A stretch of DNA of 64,000 bases from Acanthaster planci (lineage: Eukaryota), in assembly GCF_001949145.1 (NCBI RefSeq), contig NW_019091362.1, positions 1,433,838 to 1,497,837 of the forward strand. The letters are read 5' to 3'. Positions within the stretch are counted from its first letter, which is position 1. Every line of letters begins with the position of its first letter. Both the position numbers and the translations under genes were made by a program. The notes beneath the pieces were generated by a model that had not been told where the DNA came from, made no database searches, and was given only the letters and a program-made list of their open reading frames with translations. Below, piece after piece: positions 1 to 12,400 of this stretch.

Positions 1-657
1 CACTGCAATGGAAAACCAGGATTTTCCCAATTTTGAAAGTGATTCTTTGAAAAATCCTGACAAAAAAATATTAAAAATCAAGAAAACTCCTGACAAATTT
101 CACACTACCAGCCTTCAATCTAATCAGAAACTAATGTAATGGAAGCATGAATGACGAATTTTGCATGATTTGCTGTTTTGGCCCCACCTCTGTTGTACTG
201 AACCTAAGCAACATTTCTAAAATTGCCAAGGAAGTAATATGAACATGTGACAGATACTTCAAAATTTTTGAAAAAGGCAAGCTTTTCCTTGCTTAGTACT
301 GTGAGCTTTGTAAACTCAGAAATATAACTCAAATGTTACAACTAGAAAAACAATTTGACTTAAATGCGGAAGTAACAGTGAAATTCACACTTACCAAGTT
401 CCCTTTAGGCAGCAAACTTTGTTCTTGTGCTCTGTTAGACAAAGCAACTGTAACTTCTTCTCACTGCAACCAAATTTTGAGCATTTTCCATTTTAGGATT
501 AAAACACTGACATCCCTCCGTCTCAGTCTTTTAACTTTTTGCTAAATGTGACAACCACCGAACACATTTTTCGCCTGTGGTAATGTTTACTCTGTGAATG
601 TTTCAAGATATCTCTTTGGGCAAGTTTGAAATGGTTATGTCTTCAAGTTGTCTTTAC

Positions 658-3600
658 CTGCCGCCATCTTGGATGCCTGTAACCCTGTAACGGTTCAAGT
701 CGGCCGGAAGAGGGGCCGTATTCTTCTGGGAAGTGCTTTTAAACGGTGATAGATGACTGAATTCTCTAGTGACCTGAGACTCAATGCTATCCAGTTTCTT
801 CTCCTGTGTAACCAAAGCAACAAACGTCAATACATATTAAGAAAAAAAATCAAATTCATATATGGATTGATACCTCTAAAAAAAAAAATGGATTGACGCT
901 TCTTTAAAAAATTAAAATCTGCAATATAAAATGTGCTATACACCTTAACCATTGCTTACTATCTTAAAGCTGATTGGTCGATATTTCACATTTGTAGTGT
1001 TAACAGAGTGATATTTTCTCCAAATCACACTATACGTCTTGTCATGCTTTCTTACTAATCTTCTGCATGTGTTTCTCTGCTGCACACGATAATGCTCATA
1101 TCCAAAATGTCCAAAAACAGTGAGCACCTTGACTCTTGTGTGTGCATGTTGTGAGAATTTGTGTTTTTAAGTAAATGCATCTTAATTCAACGCCTCATTC
1201 CCAGTTCATAACAGCAAAAACAAAATGTCTGCATACTATACAGTGGAAGGCATGGCCACACATTTTTCTGCGCACAAGTTTCCAGATGGATTTCAACTGA
1301 CCATACCTTGGCATTCACACCAGTCTCCATGTACTCCATATCCATGGCCGCAAGAAATGAGTCGTTGAGTTGGTCTTCCCATAATGCACCAGTGCCCTGA
1401 CTTGACAGGACATTCTCCTGTGATGACAACCAACCACTGTCCTGAACCACTGCAGGTGGATGCTGGTCCTTGTCTGAAATTTCACTCAAGTAAGGCTGAG
1501 CATTTGTTTCCCTTTGTGCGGGGGGCTCTGTAATTCCACCAACTCTCGAATCCTGCAATTTTTCTTGAACTCTCATGACACTTGGTGAGTTTCTCTCTTT
1601 CAAGATGGGGGATCCGGTCCCTGTGGGGTCAGACATGTTGGTTTTGTCGACCAGATTTGTTGGGCTAGTATCAGAGCTAGGGGAGGGTCCAGCTTTGGAA
1701 ACCTCACTATCCCCGGATAAAAAGTTTTCTTTTTCGTCTTGAAAAAGTGACTTTTTGGCTGTCATAACTGAGTGGGCTTTTCTGTCAACAAGGACCTCAG
1801 GGATCCTCTCAACATTTGGAGAGGACAAATTAATTTCCCCACAACATCTGTCCGTATCAGAATTGTGAACCTCATACACTGGGTGACTGGTTAACATCCG
1901 TTTTGCATAGGGGGAGTTCCCCTTACAAGGGGATCTCTTCCGAGTATTAAGCCGGGTTTTAAATGCTGCTGGTTTTGATTGACCACTGCTAGTTTTATGC
2001 AAGACCGATGCCTTGAGCTTTACTTTGGATGGTCTCAAAGCAAATGGATTTGCTGATTTCTTCTTTGCACTTGAGTCAAGTAAATCTTTCTCTGAAGCAT
2101 CATGGCCTGATATCTGATCGTCAATTGAATCATCTACAGCAGTGGAAACCAAAATATTCTGCAATTCTTTGCAATGGTGAGATTCGTCTGCCTCCAATTT
2201 ACTAAATCTGCTTTCAAACAAAATTTCACTGTGCTCTGTCTTAATAAGGTTCCCAAGTTTTGCTGGGCTGTCGTCTGATCTCTGCTTCTTTCTGAAGGTC
2301 TTTGAGAGTTTTGAGGATGGTCTGGCAGCATGGATCACATGTTTACCTCGCAGGCTTTTGCTTAATTTCATTTTTGATTGATTAGAAATAGCACTGTCTA
2401 TAGTTGGCAAAATTGATGATGCTGCATACTCGTGGAGCATCTCTTCTAATGGGTCAAAACCTTGCTTCTCATTCACGTCCAGATCACATTTGATGGAAGG
2501 ATTCACCATCTCATTAATGTCCTCCCGGGAGTGTTCTGATGTTTCCAAGCAGACAGATGATGTCAATTCTGCAATGACTCTTGGTCTGTCATCTTGGTAG
2601 GCATTTTGGTTTGGAACCAGTCCGTCAGACTTGCTTGCAAACGGATTGCGATCAGGTTTGCTTTCTGTTCCCTGAGATTTTGCAAGTCCATGACAGAGCA
2701 AACTCTGATTAGTCGGCAGATCCTTTCTGACATCCACAGTCTTCACTGACTGGGCATACTCTTGAAGCATTTCTTGGAGCAAATCTGGAGAGTCAACTTT
2801 TCTTTTATTAACACACGATCCTGTGTTCTTCTCAAGAAATTTGAAGGAAGATGAGTTTTCTCCAGGTTGACCTTCACCACTACTTCTTCTTGCTCCCCTA
2901 CGCGAGTGTCTTACTCCACCCCTTGTGGAGGTGTTTCTTTGTTTTATTTTACTCCGTGTTTCAGCCGTGTGCTCATCTTCAGGCTTGGCAGTTGTTGGGG
3001 TTTCTGGCACAAAAGTAGAAAAGGCAGCATGGATGTTTCTGGTGGGTGTCACGTCATCACTGAAGGGTGGCTTAGCGATTCTTGATTTGGTCTTGTTGGA
3101 GTTGATAACAACCTCTGGTGTTTCTGGAATGACTGAGTTAAAAAGACAGCTTTTCCTGAATATGGTCATGATTAACGTCTTTGAAGTATTTAGCAGCCTC
3201 AACTACGTGTCAAAATTCTAAATTGAAGTACACAATCATTTGATTTGATCATAGAATATCACTGTCAACAGGCAAATAAACCTACACAACTTCTTTCAGA
3301 TGATAACTCCATACACTTACATAACTGAAAGAAGAAACACAGTTAAGATTCAATGAACTTACAGTAAAAAATCTTAACCCCTTGATGATGGGAATTTCTT
3401 TCTGAAAGCCGACTCCAAGAATTCCAGCCTTGCTTGGCCACGAAGGCCACCTGCCAAACCGCAAATTCTCGGTTTGTGGCCCTGCGTGCTTTACACCCTT
3501 TGAATTACACAGTGAAAAGGCTGATTGTTCGGTGGCATGCGGCTCTACTCAGCTTCCACATTCCCGTTGCCTCTTTTCAAAGTGGGGACTATTGTGAAGC

Positions 3601-6441
3601 TGGTGATTATGATGCAAATTTGGTCTTTTCATTTCTGGGCTGCACACAAAGGCCAATTGCCATATATACAAGAGCCAGGGTCTGCCTTCTTTCACCATGT
3701 TCGATTGAGTGTGGGCCGAGAATGATAGCTGAAAAGAGGGCTGAGGATCTCAATTTTTATGGCGGGTCTTGCTGCGTCCCGGCGCAAAGGGGTTAATTTT
3801 TACTCTGTGTGATTTTTGTGAGAGAGAATGCATGAGATTTGGTCATTGTATCACGTCCTTGCGCGAAGCATTTGTTTCACCTTCAAGAATTGCTCGCATG
3901 TGCATGCATCTTGTCAAATGGAAGGTGCATACTTGGTGAGAAAGCAAACACAAACGAGACATCGTGACACCATGATGTCATAACATCAAATAAAATATTC
4001 ATAATGCCAACATTTAAACGATGCACACATTTTAAATGCAAGCAAAATTCACTGCAAGTTTCATATGAACAGTATGAACTAGCCCTTATGAGTCGGATGC
4101 TAAAGGCCGGTTCACATTTGGCATGAAAGCAAATATGAACTAGACATCTGATCAAATATCCACACTGTGAATTTGTAAACGTTTAACACATTTCAACGGC
4201 AGCAAATTTCAATGCTAATGACTTTCACTCTGCTTTCACATTCCCCTGAAGTTAGTGAAGCATGATGCGGCCTGAACAGTATACCTACCAGTTATTGGTG
4301 ATCCTTGGTTCTCTTGTGAGGCAATTTTACCGGGGTAGCCGCTAGGCTGTCCTTCGGGTTTGACGCATATTGTGGCTTCGGCTTTCTGTGAGGAATTTGT
4401 CTTGGATGTTGGTCCAGGGCTGAGACCTGAGAAATCCTGACTGTTGTTCTCAGCATGCTGAACGTTCCTGATAGCCTTTATATCACTAATTCTGTCATCT
4501 TTTGAGAAAGTTTGCTGCAGTTTGTCTTGATGCAGATGTCTGGCAATCAGGCTGTCAACTGTAAGAGGTTTCTCACACCCGTGGTCAGATTTCCTTGCAG
4601 AAGGCTTCTCTTTGCCTTGGGCCGGTTTGGCAGGCTTTGCATTTTTCCCATTTGTAGAGGGAGGGCTCTTCAGCTTCTTGACTGGCTGAAAATCACAGTC
4701 GTCATCATCAGCTGTTATCTTGAAGCACTGACGGGAGGCGGTAGTTTTAGGAGGAAGTGCTGTGGGGGGTTTTGAGCCAAGCAAGACCTGAGTAAATAAC
4801 TTGGACTGCCCACCGGGTGGCTACGAGAAAGAAAAAACACAATTATTTATATTTTGATGTTAAAGATAAAAAATTACTCTCCTATAAAGGAAAGGAATAC
4901 TTATGAATGACCTGAAGCAATTTATGAAATGAAATCAGGTAAGCCTAATCAAGTTGGAAAAGTCATGCAATTAGTATTCAGACATACATTTTCAATAGTT
5001 CATTGAATTATGGGGAGATTTTATGGTGAATTAATTTTATTGATACTTTGTAAATTTTTAATAAAAAATGTTTGTGTTATTTTGAAGCAAGTGGTCTTTT
5101 ACCTGTTTTGAGAAGAACCTGTTCAGGGATGTCTGCCCTTTGATGAGTGTACCTGCCTGGAAAAATTATTTCAGAAATTTTGGAACTCTGAATTGTCCGC
5201 TCTTGGAAAGTTATATCCGACATTTCAAAATAGTGAAGAGGGGCAGCAGCAGACTTTGTTGACGGAGCATAAAAATCTGATCTTAATTTTTAGAAATCTG
5301 ATTTACTTTTCTCTTAAAAAAAACCACAAAAACAATTGTCAACCCTGGAGTAGAGGAAGCAAGTGGCCTACGCCTCATGTGTGCCCCACAGCGAGGTTCT
5401 GGTTTCAATCCCATTGGTCCATTCTCACATTTGGCATGACATCACTACAAACATTTAACACACGGCAAAGGGGCAAATTTAAGTTTGTGCTATTCAATAG
5501 TGCACAAAAGTTCCCTGATGTCTGACTGCGAGAATGGCCATAACATATTTCTTCCTGCCAAAAAAGTTCCAAGGGTCTATCATCCTTTATTGTTCGGAGA
5601 TGAATCCTACATTACATTGCAGTCTTGGATATTTGACTGGTTGAAGGTTCTGGTGAGTGATATGCTGTTGGTGCTGTATACTGGTACAGTACCTAACCAT
5701 GTGTAGTGAATGTGGTTACTATGGTCCGTCATCTGGTTCCATGGTTACATTGACATTATGAATTCATGCTCATGAGATGGAATTCAGACCTTCTGTAATT
5801 TCAGATTTTTTCCTCAAAAAGATTTTCCAGGGCCTCCGATCAAGAAAGGAATCCTACACTGTATTGTAGAAATCACTTTAAAACAATGAATAAAATTTCT
5901 ACTTTCTTGGTGGACTCACTTATGACTCACTATATCTACTTGACCTTGAGTTCAAGCGGTGAATTTTGTAATTATATTGTATCACTCCCATGAAAAAAAT
6001 AATAAAATACAGTGTAACCAGATGCAGGCAAAATATCCACTTCATTAATCTGCAGGATATTCCAATTTTGTTTGTTTTTTGGCTCTTTTTCCTAAAAAGC
6101 CAAGAGAAATAGACAAAGCATAAAGTCAAAAATTGCATCAGGTCTTATTTTAGAGTCTAAATCCAAGTTAGTGTCAATAGAAAATCATCATGACAACGGC
6201 AAAAACCAAAAGCAATGCGCACATTTTTTTTTTGAAAAACTAAGAAAGCATTTTAGGCCTATACTTATGAAATGATAGGCTGATCAATAAATAAAAACTT
6301 CAACATGTTCTCAGGGAGGAAAAACTTGCAAAGACAAAGTTACAGGGCGGTAGGCTTGGTTATTTCGTGCATAAGTTGAATGCATACACAGGCAGACAGG
6401 CATGACGGGCTTACCTCTGATTTCTTTGTCGTCTTGCCCAT
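658..6441 (-). CDS. DNA2: Probable DNA replication helicase/nuclease DNA2, 5' part only (continues beyond left edge), with a long N-terminal low-complexity extension
   Basis: Phase-consistent GT-AG exons: 6441-6415 (MGKTTKKSE), 5156-5103 (AGTLIKGQTSLNRFFSKQ), 4820-4289, 3132-1307, 803-658 (…PLPADLNRYRVTGIQDGG). The last exon resembles the start of the DNA2 core (human …GMDNRYLVLAV). Gene structure is solid; identity rests on this short match plus DNA-replication-type linear motifs. Confidence 0.6.
3378..3792. mobile_element. piggyBac-like non-autonomous element (MITE)
   Basis: TTAA on both sides (3374-3377, 3793-3796); termini CCCCTTG…/…CAAAGGGG form an imperfect TIR; no transposase ORF. Confidence 0.65.
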
Positions 6442-6749
6442 GATCAGATCAGCTAGCTGCACTTCAGCCTTTATTTGAAATTTCTTGGAAGACAAACTCT
6501 GACTAAGCTAAGGCTTAAGCCCAGACTCGACTAGCTACATCATGACGGCCTACACTGTTGTGCATGCATTGCATTGTTGACGACGACCGACAATCATGAC
6601 GATTCCAAACTTGACATGTTATCATGTATGGCAACACATGGCACTAAGTAATGACACCAAGCAACTACGTTAAAGACCCATGCACAACCATATTCATATC
6701 AGGCTTAAGCTGTATTTTACACAAAAGAATCTGCAGGCCTAGAAATAAT

Positions 6750-6880
6750 TACCGAAATCAGTCATAGTCTATATGAAAAGAAGTCACAGACAAGCTTGGC
6801 ATGGAGCGCTGCGCTGGCGATATGGACGATAGGGATGTAAATTACGCGCGGTTGCACAAATTTATTGCGCCCTCAAGCGT
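6750..6880 (-). promoter_or_regulatory. Putative promoter and non-coding first exon of the DNA2-like gene
   Basis: CpG-enriched patch upstream of ATG 6441; minus-strand donor-like CG|GTAATT near 6750; E2F-like TTACGCGCGG at 6842-6851; GCGCCCTC at 6867. Confidence 0.4.
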
Positions 6881-6901
6881 TCAATATATGCCATGAACTT
6901 C

Positions 6902-7141
6902 GGCGGATCAAGGATTTTCCAAAAGGTGGGGGTGGGTGCGTGAACTAAAGTAGCAATGACATAATGCGAGCTAGCGCATGGCGCGCAGTCCTTACAACAT
7001 GCTGCCCAGGGCCCGCTTAAGGGATTCTAGGACTGGATTGAATTCTAGATGCACTGTGGTGCAATTTCAGGGAGTGTGGCCCCGCTTTTTCTTCATTTTT
7101 ATTTAGTCATTTTTAACCACATTCCCTCTGCATCCGCCCTG
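6902..7141. mobile_element. hAT-like MITE (GGCGGATC…GCATCCGCC termini)
   Basis: Degenerate inverted termini; internal GGGCCCGCTT…TAGATGC.CTGTGGTGCA segment is shared with ~49090-49155. Confidence 0.45.
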
Positions 7142-9450
7142 GTTGAAGCGCCATAACGATGCAATATACCCTCACTTACTTTAAAATTCAGGAAAATAGT
7201 TAATACAGTCGAAAGACACATATCAAATCAAAGTGGGAATTAACATATTTCATGTTTGTTCCATTTATATGGAGAGGCATACAACCTGGCAGCTGGTTGA
7301 CAAAGATATTTCCTGTCAAACATTACTTCGCTGTAATTTTTTCCTTTAAACACAACTTTCAGAACCACTTGCATGCAAATTTCTCAGACGTTAACGCTTA
7401 TTGCCCTGTTCAGAATTGGGCTTCCTTCATGTTATAAAAAACAGAGAGTGCCAGTGACAAGCCATAAGAAACTGACTTGGTCAACAAATGAAATTCAGAT
7501 GATTTATTGGCCTCAATATGCTCGTTTTTGTCACTGGCTTCTATAAACAAAAAAAGAAGGGCCGTGTTCTTTCAAGCACGATTGCTTTTGTTTTCGCCAT
7601 TAATTTTATTCAAGATATTCCCCCCCCCAAAAAAAAAAATCTTATGTCAAAAAATACAGGAGAAAAAAGGGACATTGATTGAAGAATCCAAATTTAAGAC
7701 ACTCCAACAAATTCTTTCTATCCAAGAACTTCCAGCTACAGCTAAAACAAATGTGCCTTGTTTGGTTCCCCCAAACTGACACCGTCACCTCCTTCAGCAT
7801 AACAAGGCCCGAGAGGTGACTTTTCACAAACCAAAAATCCTTGGACAGTTCCTTTAAAGTTTAACACAGCAGCACAAGTTGACATTTTGGACGGTTGAAT
7901 ATGTTTGCATGTTTGCATCTTACATACACCTCACACACTCTGTCGGTTTTAAAAATATTGATAAACCAAACTCAAGCCACTGCTGGCATGTGAAGATATC
8001 TCACAATTTCAAGCCATTAAAATGGTGAAATGGCTGACTGCTATTTATCCTCCAATTCCTCACATTTCATAAACACATTTCCTGTTATTAACCACATACG
8101 GCCTGGTGCTTTTAAAAATGCAGTGCACACATACGGGTGAGTTTCAAGATTTCAAAATTCTTTATAAATGCACCCTCACAAATGACTCTTCGGTGGCTAC
8201 TCTAAGCTGACAGGCAACCCTCATTGACTCCTGAATATTTCAGCCTGGCCTGCCGCCCTGTAAAGAGAGCCCAGAATTGTGAGGTGTTGCGTAATTTCCT
8301 TTGTCCCCAGGGAATGCAGGTGGTGTCTGTTTCAAACATGGTGGGATTAGCGTGCAGTGGTGCTGTGTCGCTCATCAATGTGGCCCTGGAACATTTTTGT
8401 CCATGGTGGTAATCTGCAGGCGCGCTATGCCCAAAACAGTGGTATACTGTTTAAAAACAGTGACGGATTACCTTTGAAAAATGCAACCCAAAAAAATGAT
8501 GGTAATTCCCAGCAGCAGGTTTTTTGTTCCGAGTAGGGTCTTTTGTTACACGTACCAGCTCTTTTTTCCCGGGCACCCCAGCTCTGCGTATAAACCCAAA
8601 CTGAAATAAATTTGCACATTAGAAACCTAGAAAGTTGAATCAATTACTTTTAGACTATTGCATTACCTGCTGCACCAAATACGAAGCTCTTTCCAGTTGG
8701 CTTACCATTGAATAAACGTGGTTTTTAATAACAGCTCGGGACAAACATACAAAAAACTACACAAGCAATTCAACGCTAAGTTCATATGAGACTTTGATCG
8801 TTCAGTCTTTCATTTCTTTCAAAGGTAAGCATATATTGTGTAATTCTGTATTGAGCAAATTTTTTTTCCACCTCAAACATCTTAATATCTTTGGTACTTG
8901 AAAACTCAACTTCAGCTTGGGTGAAATCTCAGGAACTGCGAGGTGTTGTTTGGAAATCAGTTTTTCAGGAGTTGAACTTTCTGATTGTCAGTCGGTGACA
9001 GGCTGATGTGTACCATGTGACCTGCTCTCATCCAATCAAAAGGGACAGAATCTATGAGGCTTATGCATAAATCAAATCAACTAAAAAACAAGATAATTAC
9101 AATGCTGCCTGTGATTAAAAAGAAGACAAATTATCCCATCGTTAAAGTTTAAAAACAAGGACTGCTTCAGCTTTTGTCTTGGGTGACCAAGGGAGGGAAA
9201 AGAATGTGCAGGAAAAAGTTAAAATGCGTCAATAAGACATGGAAATCGAAGTATTGGAAAAATAAAGCTGCCATATTGAATGTTTCTGAATAAAAATGTA
9301 TTTAATCAGTCACCTCAGTTCAGCAGTACTCACTCTGGCTTCAATTTCTTAGCCATCCTTTTATAGGGTTGACTTATCTTAAGACATTGACAACCCACAT
9401 CAGTTGATGCCTTTATCAACATAACTCAAGAATTGTGTTGATTCTAGGCT

Positions 9451-12400
9451 CTACCTCTCTGGGCGTTGAAGGGAGAATACCCGACAAGATGTGTCTCCTG
9501 ATGCAGTAAGAATGGTGTTACCATCACTGAAAAAAAACCCCAAAACACAGACAAACAAACAAAAAACAAAGTCAGTATTTTTATTCAGAAAGCGAGTCCA
9601 AAATGCTTCACCAGAGAGTAAGTTACAGACACTGCAAAAGTATATCTGCTTGTACGCTAAGGACACTTCTTCACTGTGGCTAGGTAGCCTACAACTGACC
9701 GCCAAAAGACTCAACAACCCGAGCATCACCCTATTGGTTTTGACAACCTATCAATCAAGCAACCCCTTAAGGTTAGGTAATTTTGGCACCTCCTCATTCT
9801 CACACCAGGAAGTCACCTGCATTTTGTGAGCTTCTGTGGACTATGTTAATAGCCCATAATTTCTGCCTGTCTATCAACTGTGGCCACCTGTGAACTGAGT
9901 CTCACCCTGCCAAGTAAGGCTGTGTGTCCTTTGTGTCTGCCTCTCTTTTTGAAGTCACCAGCTCATTGTGGCCATCTTTACGTGGCATAGCCATTATGGG
10001 CACTACGGTCTCTGGGGCCACTTTAAGGGGCCACGTTTTCAGGGCCACTTTTCAGGGGCCACTCATGCACGAACAACTGACAAATTTCAACCATCCAAGA
10101 GGACATGGCTGTCCTACTTACTTGCTGATTGCCACGTCAAGGATCTCCCCTCTGTGGCCCGTCCACGACGCCACCGACTGCCCTGACCGTGCATCCCAAA
10201 GCTGAACCTGACCATCCAGACCGGCTGTGAAGATGGTTGGTGTACCAGAGGGGTCCCATCTGAGTCGTACTATGCCAGCCTGGGGGGGGGGTGAAGGAGA
10301 TAACACGTAAGTGTGATGCTCAGAGTTCAGTAAACCCCCTTATCTGAGGGAAAGTTGGATCAAGGACCACTACTTAACTAGTGGTTGGTTCGTGACGTAC
10401 CTAGCGCAAGTGCAGTGAGGTTAAAGTTCAAATGATCCTAGTTAATTGTTGTCAGGTCATTTGGCCGAAAGGGAGGAGAGGTGGCCACAGGAAGGGCAAA
10501 ATAACAAATAAAAGTGGAAATGGTCGTGTACCAGTGAAATACTGTTTTCCTGGCATTTTTCTAATATACTGGTCCTCTCTGCACTGTGCCATTAAAAACG
10601 GTTTATGGCAACTAACAATGTGACCAACCTCGACAGGCTGGTCGCGAATAGTTGACTAGACTGGTCGGACTATTGTCAACTATCCTGTGTTCGATTAAAC
10701 TTAGTTGAACTATGGTTAACTAAGGTCCTTGACTGAACTTGCCCGAAACTTTTACTGTTTGCAAGACTACCCTTGCATAAACAGAGATTTGCACTAGGAG
10801 AAATCAACAGTTGAAAATATGAGAAGAAAATCAGAACAGAATGTTTGTAGCTTTAGTCTAAGCAAGTCAGATAAGATAAAGGGACTGCAGAGAATGCAAT
10901 GGAAAGTTATCTCAAATCAAAATTTTTGACTTCACCCTAATTTGTAGAGGCAGACCAAACGCGAAAAGAGAAAGGAGGAATAAGCATGGAAGGTAATAAA
11001 TAGGTGTGAAATGGAAGACGTCCATTTAAAAGCCAAACCAGGTCATTAGGTCACATGGGTGGAAATTAACTCAATTGTAAGATATTATTTTATGACTGCA
11101 ATGACCCTTCACAGTTTGTAGCAGAAGTTGATACGTTGATAAAGTTCTGAGGAGCAAGAGGAGAGGAATGGAATAAAGGTAGTTTTATTTTACCTCCAGC
11201 TGACAGCAATGCCTCTGCTTCTGTGTGGGTATGTCCCAGACTCCAAGGATGCCATTCAGCGATCCAACAGCAGCTAGAGATTGACTGCCGCCAAAAGCGA
11301 GAAGCAGAGAGGCCTAGCGTTAGCACAAATCACGAGCACTGAAATGCAAACGGACCTATGGAATACTAAATAAACTGCCCAAACAGGATATCCTGAAGTG
11401 GGTGCAGACTAAACAGTTACAATTAATAAAGATAAGGGGGTCCAGACCCATTTTAAGTAAGGAATTATTCTTGTTTGCACAAACATTGCTTGTGAAAAAA
11501 AATCAAGGTTCAAGTAATTATTTCCAAGTTTCATATTCAATGATTTCTGTATAATCAGTATTTTAGAATAAATTGAAAACCAAGTTTTGTGCCATTACCT
11601 TAAAATAAAAACTTGATGGTCAATGGATTTTATCAAATTGGTTCAGTATTCAAAGCCACAAATAATTTAGAACAGTGTGACAGCAAGAAATAAAATCTTT
11701 TGGAGAACAACCTCTAACTCTAGCGGCAAATTCAATCAAGGACCGCTAGTTAACTAATGGTTGGTTTGTGATGCTATCTGACGCATGTTCAGTGAAATTG
11801 AAGTGTGAACGACTCTATGCAACCATTGCAAGGTCATTAGGCCAAAGGGGAGAAAAGTGGGCTACAAGAAGGTCAAAATAGCAAAATTTAAAGTGAAAAT
11901 GGTTGTTTACTACCAACATACTGTTTTTCCGTCGTGTTTCTCATAACTGGTCCTCTTTGCACTATACTATTACAAATGGTTTATGGCAACCAACGATGCG
12001 ACCAACCTCGATAGGCTGGTCGCAAATAGTTGACTACACTAGTCAAACCATCGTCGACTAACGTGAGTTCGACGAGAGTTAGTCGAACTATGGTTAACTA
12101 CGGTCCTTGATCGAACTTGCTCTAGTACGCAGTAATAACTGAACTTTGACCTTTGACAAACTGACCTTTGGCATAGTCCAACAGCTTCCACCGAGTTGCT
12201 GTCACCGATTTCTGGTTTTACTGCCCCCGCTGAGAAAGTTGCCAAAACCTGGATGGAAAAAATACAAAAAAAGAAAAACGAAACGAATCATAACTTAAGA
12301 CTTTCTCAGAAATCGACAGAAGAAAATAGTCGCAAACAGTGCTGAATGTAACCAATTGAATAATTTAGGAAAGAAATAATCAGTCCAGTCATTTCCAACC

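Noticed and set aside
3133..3202. TTG start of the 671-aa ORF as a stand-alone gene
   Set aside because: A phase-compatible acceptor at 3132 and donor at 1307 show it is an internal exon; the flanking ORF parts are intronic.
10012..10063. Four GGGGCCAC-containing short repeats
   Set aside because: Short degenerate intronic tandem repeat with no evidence of function.
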